Assembly: GCA_016297005.1 (NCBI GenBank)
Contig: JAEDHK010000002.1
Location: 132,837 to 196,836, forward strand
Source of the DNA: Clostridia bacterium
GTDB taxonomy: Bacteria; Bacillota; Clostridia; Christensenellales; DTU072
Direction of reading: 5' to 3'
Length of the DNA: 64,000 bases
Position numbers and translations under genes: made by a program. Shown here piece after piece: positions 15,967-25,235 of the stretch. Within the stretch, counting starts at the first letter, position 1, and every line of letters begins with the position of its first letter. The notes beneath the pieces are model-generated. The model did no database searches. It was not told where the DNA came from and saw only the letters and a list, made by a program, of their open reading frames with translations.

Positions 15967-16551
15967 ATGAAATGCAAAGTTTGTGGGCATGAAAATCAAG
16001 AAGGTAGTACCTTTTGCGCTAATTGCGGTTCGGTATTGAAAAACGAACCATGCTCGGCGATTTACGAGAGCCGTCCAGAAGAAGAGGAACCGCATTCGGA
16101 CAATAAAGCCACTTCCGTGGCAACGATGACAAAAAGAAAGAGAATAATAGGTATCGTTATTGTTTGTATACTGCTTTTTTCTGCGCCGTTTTTGATAAAT
16201 TCTTTGTTATCGGGTGGACTTTTTCACTCAAACGTAAAGAAATACGTTTGCAATGCCGGCACCGATGCGGAATCCTATTTTGAAGTTAATTTTAATAATA
16301 ACACGTATAAATATGTAGGTTCAAACGTCGGAAGAAGAAACAGCACTTTTCACGGTTTTTTTATAGGCGGTGTGTTAGAGACAAACGGTATGATTTCTTT
16401 GCAAAAGACGGTAAACGGCGTAAAATATTATACTTTTACCAATAATCCGTGGGAAGATTTCGGCTACTATATCCTTATAGACGACAATGCGGGTTTATTG
16501 CTCGTATATGTGAATGATTACTTCAAATATGAATTCAAATTACAGCAATAA
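15967..16551 (+). CDS. zinc-ribbon membrane protein (hypothetical)
   Basis: Start trimmed to the ATG at 15967 (RBS AAAGGAG). MKCKVCGHENQEGSTFCANCG zinc ribbon, one TM (IIGIVIVCILLFSAPFLI), then an extracytoplasmic domain. Confidence 0.6.
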   Translation: MKCKVCGHENQEGSTFCANCGSVLKNEPCSAIYESRPEEEEPHSDNKATSVATMTKRKRIIGIVIVCILLFSAPFLINSLLSGGLFHSNVKKYVCNAGTDAESYFEVNFNNNTYKYVGSNVGRRNSTFHGFFIGGVLETNGMISLQKTVNGVKYYTFTNNPWEDFGYYILIDDNAGLLLVYVNDYFKYEFKLQQ

Positions 16552-16559
16552 TTTTTATT

Positions 16560-16709
16560 GAAAAATACACCCTAATCGAGTTTATTGTACATAACGGCGT
16601 GATGAAAGACCTGTCTGTCTTGCAAAAAACGCCGTTTACCGATCATGGTAGCGTAGTTGAGATTTTCGACGACATCACCATTTGGCTCGGTATCAAATCT
16701 ATTATTTAA
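16560..16709 (+). pseudogene. remnant of a restriction-enzyme R-subunit C-terminus (HsdR/EcoEI_R_C-like)
   Basis: Hand translation gives ...EFIVHNGVMKDLSVLQKTPFTDHGSVVEIFDDITIWLGIKSII*. This matches the recalled HsdR C-terminal pattern (NGvM...L...PFTD.G....lFdd). No start codon and no upstream body. Confidence 0.45.
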
Positions 16710-17102
16710 AAAAACAATGAAAACGCCATCGCGGCATAACTATTCGTTTTACGTTAGACCTTGCCCATCAACGACAACCTGAAACGAACCACCGTTTTGG
16801 GTTGTTATTTTTTTACGCGTTTCCTCCTTTTGCGGTGTTTTTTGATTCTCATGCGCCCTTTTTAAAATCGTCGTTTTACAGTGTATTCTTAACCAGAGGA
16901 GCGGAGCCGACTTGTTTCAAGCAGTCATATCGTCGCCATAACTATATTACTGTTTTTCACTGAACCGCGGCATCATAAACATGAGATAATGATTTTGAAA
17001 TATTCATAAGTATTGCCATTCTGGTTTATTCTAAATATGCAAGTTGATAGATTTGACATAGTGTGCTATAATATCATTATAAGTAAAAAAAGGAGAAGAA
17101 AT

Positions 17103-18023
17103 ATGAAAAAGCGCTGTTTTATTTTTTTTCTGACCGTAATTTTTACAATTATTTTGCTTGCAACGTTGATTGCTTGCGAAAACGCCGACAAAAACGATAT
17201 AAAAGGAACTTACGAACTCACCACGTGGGATTATTATTACGAGGACGACGTGGCTACCGATATTATGGAGAGGGACGAGGTCAAGGCATACGTCGTCATC
17301 GCGGGGCAAGACAGGGGCTTCTACGTTTATCAATCAAAATCGACTCCGCTCTATTGCAGACAAGTAAAGGTAGAGTTGGAGTATTCGTCAAGCGACCCCG
17401 AAAAGATAATTGTAGTCAGGCTAAATGACGGTATGGGGTGGAAAATTTCCTTTACAACCAGTAAAATTTCCAAAGACGTCAAGCTCAAAGACCACAAAAT
17501 CAAGTTTTTGGATCAAAAGAAAAGTCTGAAAGAATTCACCCGCATTTCCAAAGCAACCGACCTGAGCACGGTCAATAAAGAAGTCGGCGCGACTTTGACT
17601 TACGTAGATTATGAGCACGCGCCTTTCGACTGTTGGTACGAATACGTATATGAAGTATCCGATTATGAGCACTACGACGAGATCGACAAATACGTCTATT
17701 ACTTTGTCAAAACCAACGTTACAACCAATAAGGCGACGGCTTATTATTGTCTCAAAAGCGACTTGGTACAAAGAACGACTACCCTCGACACTTCGCTTGA
17801 CCTGGCTCAGAATGAATTTACGATAGGGGAAACTACGTTCTCAATCTCGTATGAAAACGACGACTGCATGTTATCCAACGTACAAACCGTCAGCCAGAGC
17901 GAAGCAGACCGGTACGACGTAACGACCTGGCTTTCCAGAATAGCGTCCGTCGACGATATAGACGCCCTCTGCGCCGAGAGATTGGAAGAGTATAGAACGT
18001 ATCTGGCACAATCTTCCAACTAA
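17103..18023 (+). CDS. lipoprotein (hypothetical)
   Basis: Start trimmed to the ATG at 17103 (RBS AAAGGAG). Signal peptide with lipobox LLATLIAC. Confidence 0.65.
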   Translation: MKKRCFIFFLTVIFTIILLATLIACENADKNDIKGTYELTTWDYYYEDDVATDIMERDEVKAYVVIAGQDRGFYVYQSKSTPLYCRQVKVELEYSSSDPEKIIVVRLNDGMGWKISFTTSKISKDVKLKDHKIKFLDQKKSLKEFTRISKATDLSTVNKEVGATLTYVDYEHAPFDCWYEYVYEVSDYEHYDEIDKYVYYFVKTNVTTNKATAYYCLKSDLVQRTTTLDTSLDLAQNEFTIGETTFSISYENDDCMLSNVQTVSQSEADRYDVTTWLSRIASVDDIDALCAERLEEYRTYLAQSSN

Positions 18024-18063
18024 TATCCATTAAGTACAAACCGATTTATTATCATCACAAGGC

Positions 18064-18087
18064 AACGCCGGCTTCGGCGTTGTTTTG
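18064..18087 (+). terminator. rho-independent terminator
   Basis: AACGCCG-gctt-CGGCGTT followed by GTTTTG. Confidence 0.55.
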
Positions 18088-18173
18088 CGTTGATACAAGC
18101 ATATGCTTCTTTGCCATTGGGCTTTTTTACCTTATTACTTTTATATTGGAATGGTTTTTTACGGTTTCGGGGA

Positions 18174-18202
18174 TTGCTAATAATAAAAAAATATTGTATA
18201 TT
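18174..18202 (+). promoter_or_regulatory. candidate promoter
   Basis: TTGCTA, 17-nt spacer, TATATT, about 40 nt upstream of the ATG at 18242. Confidence 0.4.
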
Positions 18203-18241
18203 GTCATATATCGCATTTTCGGTACAAAAGAGGAAACGTCT

Positions 18242-20350
18242 ATGAGAAAATCAAAAAATATTCTGTTCATTGCCGTCGTCGCGCTTGCGTCGGCTATTAT
18301 TCTTTCCGAGTTTGGTTTAATTCGGGCGCTGAGACTTGCGTCCCTGAGCTATATTATCTTACATTGTTGCTTTATTATTTTCTTTCAAATTGCGCTTTCC
18401 GTGCTGATAATGGTTCGCTATCCGATCTCGCGCGGGAAAAAGATCCTTGCTCTTTCTGTATTCTTTTTCCTGATTACCGCGCTGTGGCTACTTCTTATCG
18501 GTTATAGGCAGTTTGTCGCCGGCATTGTATGCTCCGGAGTGGCGCTGAGTTGTATCACTCTTTTTTGGGACGGCCCTAAAAAAATAAGGTGGAGAGGGCT
18601 TGCTTGCGCCGGACTATCCTTTCTGATGATCGTTACCGTCTGCCTCTCCTGCTATCTGCCCGGAAAAATTCAAATGAAAAAACGCCTCGAAGATGCTCCA
18701 CTCGCCGACCATTCGGCGGGTTTTGCTCACGCCAACGCTCCCAAAACCGTTTATCGCTTTCCCCTGACTGAATACAAGACAGAGGACGGCGTCCTGCTGA
18801 AATCGTTGCAAGGATGTCTGGGACTTACGTCCGACGTTCAGATTTTGTTGGAAAACCGGTACGAAGATCAGAGAAATAGAGAACTCTATTCTATCCCCGT
18901 CTACCTGGAAACCATCGAAAAGTATTATCCCGAAGTTACCTTGACCGAAGTGAACGATTTTGAAGAGCTTCTGGAAAAAGTGGGACCGCTGATAGAAAAC
19001 TATATCTTATGCGACGAGGAGGATCCGGAATCGTGCACGGTCGCTTTTAATCTTTGCCATCGCTTCCGTTCCGTCGTCCTGGGAAAAACTCACCTCCGCT
19101 ATGCCGAAAAATACGGCTGGAAAAGGGTATTTGACACCACAGGAAAGGATGAAAAATGGCTGATGAATTCGGAGTATTTTGCTTCGCTCAATAAATCGTT
19201 CGTCTTTATGTCCAAGCCGCTTAGTATGTTCGGTTCCTACGCCGATTACGTCATTATATCGGGGAGTTGGATGTTCAACCTCAAAAGCACGATCAAAGAA
19301 CTGGAAAAAATTCTTTGTCATCTCGACAGAAACTTTATTCTTGTCGGCGGCCTGAACGGAATGGATGAAAGAGCGGTTGTTTCCGCCGTCTCCCGATATA
19401 GCGGTACCTTCATCTTTTCAGGCGCCATGTGTAACGTCTCCGCCCTATCCGGATTCCGATTGGAAGACGCGGCAAAAACCGGCGTCAATACGGAAAGCGG
19501 GGTGAAAAGAAAAACAACCAACCCCAATACGGAAACGGGGAAAGGAAAGCACACCGTTTGCGTCGTACTTTCCGACGGAGACAATATGCGTTTTGTTTCC
19601 GGCGAAGCGCTGGCGTATCCGAACTTCCTCGGCAGCGATCAGCGCACAAAAGAAAACAACCTGACCTACGGAATGTCCGGTATGGCTACGCTCCTCATGC
19701 CTCTTGTGCTCCTCGCCCACTATGACAGAATGTCTCCCGCCGAGGACTATGTGATGCAATTGGGTTCGGTGGGGTATGTGTTACCATCTTACTGGCAGGA
19801 TGATGAAGCCTTTGGGAAAGTGACCGACTTATTGGCGCAGAGCATGGAAGTCGCCGATATTCACGTGGTAGAACTGATGGACGACATCTCCTTTTTGGAC
19901 GCAACGGACGCGGTCACAGACTATAACAGCATGCAACGCTATTTTGACAAATACACCTCTTACGATAACATAAACGGGTGCCTTTTTATTAACTTTATGG
20001 ATCTCTATTCCGGATTTAAAGGAAAAGTCTGCTGGTCCAATAACAAACCCGTCGTCTCAGCGCGTTATTCCGTCTGGAATGATATCGATAACTCCCTTGC
20101 GTCCGAACAGAACTCTATCGAGTACATAGCCGACGCTATCAATCATGCCAGCAGGGATGAGAGGAGTGAAGACGGATATTCTTTCATTATCATGCACGCA
20201 TGGAGCGGTCTGGACGAAAACGGAAACCTCGTACCAAACCGCGACGCGGTCGCGGCGATGACTAAACTGGTCTCTCTTTTCGACGAAGACGTGGACGTCG
20301 TATCTGCGGAAGAATTCATCGATCGCATGAACAAAAACGTGAAAAGATAA
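18242..20350 (+). CDS. polytopic membrane protein with large extracytoplasmic domain, possibly GxGYxYP-family (putative glycoside hydrolase)
   Basis: Start trimmed to the ATG at 18242 (RBS AGAGGAAA). About 5 N-terminal TM segments. VLSDGDNMRF and GSVGYVLPSYW resemble GxGYxYP-family signatures. Confidence 0.4.
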   Translation: MRKSKNILFIAVVALASAIILSEFGLIRALRLASLSYIILHCCFIIFFQIALSVLIMVRYPISRGKKILALSVFFFLITALWLLLIGYRQFVAGIVCSGVALSCITLFWDGPKKIRWRGLACAGLSFLMIVTVCLSCYLPGKIQMKKRLEDAPLADHSAGFAHANAPKTVYRFPLTEYKTEDGVLLKSLQGCLGLTSDVQILLENRYEDQRNRELYSIPVYLETIEKYYPEVTLTEVNDFEELLEKVGPLIENYILCDEEDPESCTVAFNLCHRFRSVVLGKTHLRYAEKYGWKRVFDTTGKDEKWLMNSEYFASLNKSFVFMSKPLSMFGSYADYVIISGSWMFNLKSTIKELEKILCHLDRNFILVGGLNGMDERAVVSAVSRYSGTFIFSGAMCNVSALSGFRLEDAAKTGVNTESGVKRKTTNPNTETGKGKHTVCVVLSDGDNMRFVSGEALAYPNFLGSDQRTKENNLTYGMSGMATLLMPLVLLAHYDRMSPAEDYVMQLGSVGYVLPSYWQDDEAFGKVTDLLAQSMEVADIHVVELMDDISFLDATDAVTDYNSMQRYFDKYTSYDNINGCLFINFMDLYSGFKGKVCWSNNKPVVSARYSVWNDIDNSLASEQNSIEYIADAINHASRDERSEDGYSFIIMHAWSGLDENGNLVPNRDAVAAMTKLVSLFDEDVDVVSAEEFIDRMNKNVKR

Positions 20351-20435
20351 ATTTGTCGGAAAAAGGAACCGACTTTGCGATTTGCAATCGCAAAACGTAT
20401 TCGTTTACGCCCGGCAGGATCTTTCCTGAAAAAAA

Positions 20436-20466
20436 ACAGTCGCCCGCATACGGACGACTGTTTTTA
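20436..20466 (+). terminator. rho-independent terminator
   Basis: CAGTCGcCCG-cata-CGGaCGACTG followed by TTTTT. Confidence 0.6.
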
Positions 20467-20620
20467 TGTTTTCTTAAAAATTATTTTTTAGGATACGGAT
20501 TCCTTTGAAAAGGGTTCTCTTATCTATCATTTCGGCATATTTTCGGTCGCCGAAAAACCTGTTTAAAACAAACGACCGGGCGGAACTTTCGATAATAAAC
20601 AGTCCCGCGCCGTTTCCGGA

Positions 20621-21058
20621 CTATTTTTTTTCGTTTGCTTTTTCTTCTTCGGCCTTTCTTTCGCGATAGGTTTTGTAGCCGACTTTTTCGTTATCGGCGG
20701 TATCCCATTTTTTACCGCCGACGGCCAGGACGGACAGGAGTGCGCAAACCGTAATAACAATGGCGATGATCGGCAAAGCTAGTTTGCTTTCGATCAGCGT
20801 ACCGACCAGTGCAAGAACGGCCGCAACCAAAAGAGCCGCTCCGCAAAGTACGTAAAACTTTTTGACGAACGTCAACGTTTTATCAAGGAATGCACGAAGA
20901 ATGAACATTGCGCCTAAGAGTCCGCAAGCAACGGCGATGACCCACCCGAGGTCGATATTGCCGAATTTTTCGGGCATCAGAACGGACAGGAGCCATACGA
21001 CGGCCGCCGCGACGAAGATCAGGGCTACTCCCACCTTAAAAAATACTTTCTTTTTCAT
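20621..21058 (-). CDS. 4-TM membrane protein with Lys/Glu-rich tail (hypothetical)
   Basis: 145 aa with four hydrophobic segments. Last gene of the SPFH operon, 11 nt after the preceding stop. Confidence 0.55.
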   Translation of the reverse strand: MKKKVFFKVGVALIFVAAAVVWLLSVLMPEKFGNIDLGWVIAVACGLLGAMFILRAFLDKTLTFVKKFYVLCGAALLVAAVLALVGTLIESKLALPIIAIVITVCALLSVLAVGGKKWDTADNEKVGYKTYRERKAEEEKANEKK

Positions 21059-21069
21059 AATTTTACCTC

Positions 21070-21486
21070 TTATCTAAGTATGACGCTATGTGATACCGGG
21101 CAGATCTTTTCTCCCGCGGCAAGGACGATACAAGAGTCGTGCTTATATTCGCGCACAAAGTCTCCCATTCTGATATTGAACGCGGACGCGACCTCCTGCG
21201 CGGCAAGAATAGTATACATGCCGGGTAAGATCCCGTCCTTCTCTCCGACGAGGTAGGTTTTTCCTTTTTCCAGAATGATATCCCCTTCCCTGTGCGTTAT
21301 GGCGACTTTGCCGTTTTCCGTTTCGGTTTTTTCTCCATAAGAGTATCTTACGCCGTCTTTAACGTATACGGCATGCTTGTCGGCTTTCTTTTTCTTGTTG
21401 TTTTTCAAAAGGATTCCGATCAAGGCGAGCGCCAGAACAAAAATAACGACGCTTTCGATAATGATAACGATCAGTTCGGTCGTCAT
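21070..21486 (-). CDS. single-pass membrane protein (positional YdjH analogue)
   Basis: N-terminal TM (LIVIIIESVVIFVLALALIGILL) followed by a beta-rich domain. ATGA overlap with the upstream gene. Confidence 0.5.
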   Translation of the reverse strand: MTTELIVIIIESVVIFVLALALIGILLKNNKKKKADKHAVYVKDGVRYSYGEKTETENGKVAITHREGDIILEKGKTYLVGEKDGILPGMYTILAAQEVASAFNIRMGDFVREYKHDSCIVLAAGEKICPVSHSVILR

Positions 21487-22574
21487 GAGTTACCTCCGAG
21501 CAAACAGATTGCTACGATACCGGCGATAACGGCCAGTCCCGCAAGAACGACGAGCGCGACTTTGAGCGGCGAGATCGGCACTTTTCCGGTGGTCCTACCG
21601 TTCCGTCCGTTCACAAAAAAGTTATATAATTTTTCTTTGAAGCTGAAATGCCCTATGTAAAGGGGTAACAGCACGTACTTATAAGTAACGTTATCATAGC
21701 TGACGGTCATACTGAATTTTTCTACGACGTCGTACGAATATTTTGACAGGATCTGCGTCCTCAGCTTCGCCCACATAATACCTTTTGCCTCTTCCCAGCA
21801 GGTCTTTCCGTCGCGCGTGTACTGCGTTGCCGAAAATCCGTACAGATAATCGGGAGAATACTTCTGCGAAGAATTGGTGTCAAACGGTTGGATCTTGTTC
21901 AGATCCTTTTGCGATATTTTTTCGGAAGCCTGTACCAGAACGTCGTCGTAAAACGCGTCGTAAACGCCGCTGATTGCAAAATAGCGTATTTTACGTACCT
22001 GTTGCCTTTTTCCGTTGACAGTTCTCGTTTCGTAATAATACTTTCCCAATCGTCCGCTGTACCGTCCGTGCGCATTGGCGTCGAACGTAAAGGACGGAGT
22101 ATAATTTCCGTTGATATTTTCGGGAACCGTCAAGCTTTGTTTGAATTTACGCGGAGCGAAAAACCTCTTTTTTGCCCAGGTCGCGGCGCTCTTTCCGGCT
22201 TCTTCTTTTGTTAAAGCGAACGGAAGGACCGCGTCGGGACGCATGCCGGACATACCCTCCGTCTCGATAATATTACTCGCCCCGCAATAGGCGCAACATT
22301 TGGAAATTTCGTTTTTGGAAATAACGGTCTGTGCACCGCAATTTTCGCACCTGAACGCCTTCGTCTCGGTCGCCCATGTATTTGCGCGGGCGGCGAAAAG
22401 TTCTTCAAGGTCGATTTCGGAACACTTTTTCCCCGCAATTTCCTCTTCCGTGCCGCAATAGGGGCATTTCAGTCCCCTCGTTTCCGGATCGTACACAAGA
22501 TCGGCCCCGCAAGAAGGGCACTTGGCCGTCTCCGTCGAAGCTCTTTCTTGTTCTCCCGTAAATAATTCGTCCAT
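21483..22574 (-). CDS. double zinc-ribbon protein with C-terminal TM (YdjG-like)
   Basis: CPSCGADL...CPYCG and CENCGAQ...CAYCG ribbons. C-terminal TM ALVVLAGLAVIAGIVAICLL. ATGA overlap with the SPFH gene. Confidence 0.6.
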   Translation of the reverse strand: MDELFTGEQERASTETAKCPSCGADLVYDPETRGLKCPYCGTEEEIAGKKCSEIDLEELFAARANTWATETKAFRCENCGAQTVISKNEISKCCAYCGASNIIETEGMSGMRPDAVLPFALTKEEAGKSAATWAKKRFFAPRKFKQSLTVPENINGNYTPSFTFDANAHGRYSGRLGKYYYETRTVNGKRQQVRKIRYFAISGVYDAFYDDVLVQASEKISQKDLNKIQPFDTNSSQKYSPDYLYGFSATQYTRDGKTCWEEAKGIMWAKLRTQILSKYSYDVVEKFSMTVSYDNVTYKYVLLPLYIGHFSFKEKLYNFFVNGRNGRTTGKVPISPLKVALVVLAGLAVIAGIVAICLLGGNS

Positions 22575-23602
22575 CAGATCTTACCTCCGCATTCCGGACA
22601 GAACCTGGTGCCGGGCGCCACCTTGGTGCCGCAAGCGGAACAGAAAGTCTTGATCTGCGCGCCGCATTCCGGACAGAACTTACTGGTGGAGGCGATCTGC
22701 GCCGAGCAAGAAGGACACTTGATCGTCGTGGGGGCGGCAGCGGCGGGCGTGGTCTGATTAAAAGCGGGACCGCCAAAGGCCTGAGCCATTCTCATACCCA
22801 TTCCCATGCCGAGGCCTGCGCCCATCATGCCGCCGGCGGTACCGGGGTTCCTGGCCGCTTCTTTAAGGGCATCGGCTTGCGCTTTTCGCTCGTAGATATC
22901 CATATTTTTACCGAGTATGTGGAGCGAAGTGCTTTCGTCAAGCGCTTTTTCCAACGCTTCGGGCATGGAGAAGTTCTCAAAGTTAAAGGTAACGATTTCG
23001 ATACCGGACTGACGGAATTCTTCGTTCAGCTCCCGTGCGACGAGAGATCCGAGTTCTACCAGATTACCCGCCATGTCGAGAACGGGAATCTTGCTTTCTC
23101 CCATGATATCGGTAGCTCGCGTCACGATAGAACTGCGGAGCCACTCCGAAATATCTTCGGTCCGATAAGATCTGACCGTGCCGGATATCTCTTTCATAAA
23201 ATAATACGGATCAGACACGCGGAAAGAATAGCTGCCGAAAGCGCGCACGCGCACTGCTCCGTAATCGGCGTCGCGAATAATAATGGGATTTTTCGTGCCC
23301 CATTTCTGGTTGGTAAACTGTTTGGTATTAACAAAAAAAACGTCCGACTTAAAAGGCGACTCAAAACCGTACTTCCAGGACATCAACTTGGTAAGAATGG
23401 GCACGTTGTCGGTTTCTAACGTATAATACCCGGGCAAAAATACGTCGGCCATCCGCCCTTTATCGCAAAAAACGCAGGCTTGCGACTCTCTTACGGTCAG
23501 CTTCGATCCGCGAGTAATATAATCCCGATTATTCAGGTCGTAACGATACACGATCGTATTCGTGCTGTTGTCTTTCCATTCAATTAGTTTTAACATCCCC
23601 AT
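22574..23602 (-). CDS. SPFH/band-7 domain protein with C-terminal zinc ribbons (YdjI-like)
   Basis: 342 aa with an SPFH-like body, a Gly/Met-rich linker and C-terminal CPSCSAQ...CPECG...CSACG...CPECG. Confidence 0.65.
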   Translation of the reverse strand: MGMLKLIEWKDNSTNTIVYRYDLNNRDYITRGSKLTVRESQACVFCDKGRMADVFLPGYYTLETDNVPILTKLMSWKYGFESPFKSDVFFVNTKQFTNQKWGTKNPIIIRDADYGAVRVRAFGSYSFRVSDPYYFMKEISGTVRSYRTEDISEWLRSSIVTRATDIMGESKIPVLDMAGNLVELGSLVARELNEEFRQSGIEIVTFNFENFSMPEALEKALDESTSLHILGKNMDIYERKAQADALKEAARNPGTAGGMMGAGLGMGMGMRMAQAFGGPAFNQTTPAAAAPTTIKCPSCSAQIASTSKFCPECGAQIKTFCSACGTKVAPGTRFCPECGGKI

Positions 23603-23636
23603 AAGTGATTACCTCTTTATCGTTAAGAATAATAAT

Positions 23637-23666
23637 AGTATACTATACGATGGAAAATCATGTCAA
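23637..23666 (-). promoter_or_regulatory. candidate promoter of the SPFH operon
   Basis: Minus strand TTGACA (23666-23661), 18-nt spacer, TATACT (23642-23637). RBS AAGAGG lies before the ATG at 23602. Confidence 0.45.
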
Positions 23667-23866
23667 GGCGGCGGACCTTCTCGCCGAAATTATTAAAAAA
23701 TTTCACATTGCATTCTATCGAATTTTTAGTTCCTTCTGAAAATCATTAAACATAAAAAATTTAACGTTTATCATTAAATAATACTTGACAAACATTAATT
23801 TTCGGCGTGTGATACTTTCAAAGATTAACGTCGGTAATAAAAAATATCGTCGTTGGGAGGTTACTT

Positions 23867-24223
23867 ATGAAAGAACTTTCTGTTAAAAGAATCAACGCTA
23901 TCGGTAAGGCCGGCAATATGATTGCTTTGATCGGCCGTATCGTCCTTATCGTCGCCCTGCTCTGCCGTGCTCTCCGCGACTGCAAATCGCCCTTTGACGA
24001 TACCGTCATCCGCCGTATGCGTAACTTTGCTTTCTCCATCATCGGGTGGTGCGTTCTGTCCGTTGTCTGCAACCTCGTCATTTCCTCTATATTCGCGTCG
24101 GCGATTCAGGTCGGCGTGAATTTCAGCCTCGGGAACGTTCTTCTCGTCCTGGTCATCCTCGGCTTATGCGGCATTTTCCGCTATGGTGCCAAATTGCAAC
24201 AAGAGCACGACGAAACGCTGTAA
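23867..24223 (+). CDS. DUF2975-like membrane protein
   Basis: 118 aa with 3-4 TM segments and a C-terminal GIFRYGAKLQQEHDETL tail typical of DUF2975. Paired with a YozG-type HTH gene. Confidence 0.6.
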   Translation: MKELSVKRINAIGKAGNMIALIGRIVLIVALLCRALRDCKSPFDDTVIRRMRNFAFSIIGWCVLSVVCNLVISSIFASAIQVGVNFSLGNVLLVLVILGLCGIFRYGAKLQQEHDETL

Positions 24224-24237
24224 AGAGGCCTTTTATT

Positions 24238-24459
24238 ATGGGAAGAATCATTTTACGACTGGATCGCGTAATGGCAGACAGAAAAATTTCGCTCAACGAG
24301 TTATCCAATCGCGTCGGCGTCGCCAACGTCAACCTCTCCAAAATGAAGACCGGCAAAATAAGCGCCATCCGCTTTTCCACGCTGGAAGCTATTTGCGAAG
24401 CTCTTCATTGTCAACCCGGGGATCTGTTGGAATATCGGGAAGAAGAACAACTAAAATAA
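24238..24459 (+). CDS. small XRE/Cro-type HTH regulator (YozG-like)
   Basis: ATG at 24238 inside ORF 24046..24459. MGRIILRLDRVMADRKISLNELSNRVGVANVNLSKMKTGK..., 73 aa. Confidence 0.75.
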   Translation: MGRIILRLDRVMADRKISLNELSNRVGVANVNLSKMKTGKISAIRFSTLEAICEALHCQPGDLLEYREEEQLK

Positions 24460-24668
24460 CGCTGTCACAGACAAGGAGAATCTTATTGGTGGCGTTTGCT
24501 TTCGCCTATTATTAAGAACAAAATTCCCTTATCCTGCTTAAACGGGGCGATAAAATCTATCGATACTTTGCATACGATTTGTCGTTTGTTGTGATGAACA
24601 TGATAATAGTTTAAAATCGACAGCGTATATCATATTCTTGCGCCTCTGCCTAATAAATATCACTTTAT

Positions 24669-25235
24669 TTACTTAACGAATTCTCTTAAAAAATAGGCGT
24701 GGAGAGAAGCATCGTCATTGAGTTCGGGATGAAAAGCAGTGACGAGCATATTCCTCTGCCTTGCCGCAACGATCTTCCCCTCTACTTCGGCAAGCACTTC
24801 TACGCCGGCGCCAAAGCTTTGTATATAGGGTGCACGTATAAAAGTCATCGGCACTTGACCCAGCCCTTTAAAGTCATCTTTGCAGAAAAAACTGCCAAGC
24901 TGTCTGCCATAGGCGTTGCGCTTTGCCACGATATCCATAGTAGCAAGATGCGGCTTTTCTCCGCCGTCTATACTCTTAGCAAGCAGAATAAGACCTGCGC
25001 AAGTGCCCCATACGGGCAAACCTTTTTCAATAAGTGCGCGCACTTTGTCCATCATGTCAAGTTCTTTTAAAAGTTTGCCCTGAACGGTGCTCTCTCCACC
25101 GGGAAGGATAAGGGCGTCAAAGTTTCTGTCCAAATCGCAAAGTTGACGAATTTCAAAGCTATCTACCCCTGACTTTGCAAGCATTTTCTCATGCTCAACA
25201 AACGCCCCCTGCAATGCAAGTACGCCGATTAACAT
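24669..25235 (-). CDS. pdxT: pyridoxal 5'-phosphate synthase, glutaminase subunit PdxT
   Basis: IGVLALQGAFVEH, GTCAG nucleophile elbow, FHPE. 188 aa. Confidence 0.9.
   Translation of the reverse strand: MLIGVLALQGAFVEHEKMLAKSGVDSFEIRQLCDLDRNFDALILPGGESTVQGKLLKELDMMDKVRALIEKGLPVWGTCAGLILLAKSIDGGEKPHLATMDIVAKRNAYGRQLGSFFCKDDFKGLGQVPMTFIRAPYIQSFGAGVEVLAEVEGKIVAARQRNMLVTAFHPELNDDASLHAYFLREFVK

Noticed and set aside
8140-18060. Integrated mobile element (prophage/ICE) call for the AT-rich island
   Set aside because: I found no integrase, transposase, relaxase or phage structural genes. I also found no direct repeat of the tRNA-Val 3' end. It is reported only as a compositional island.
22405-22776. 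123-aa Arg/Pro-rich minus-strand ORF
   Set aside because: It is an alternative frame spanning the ydjI/ydjG junction, a low-complexity artefact of GC-rich zinc-ribbon coding sequence.
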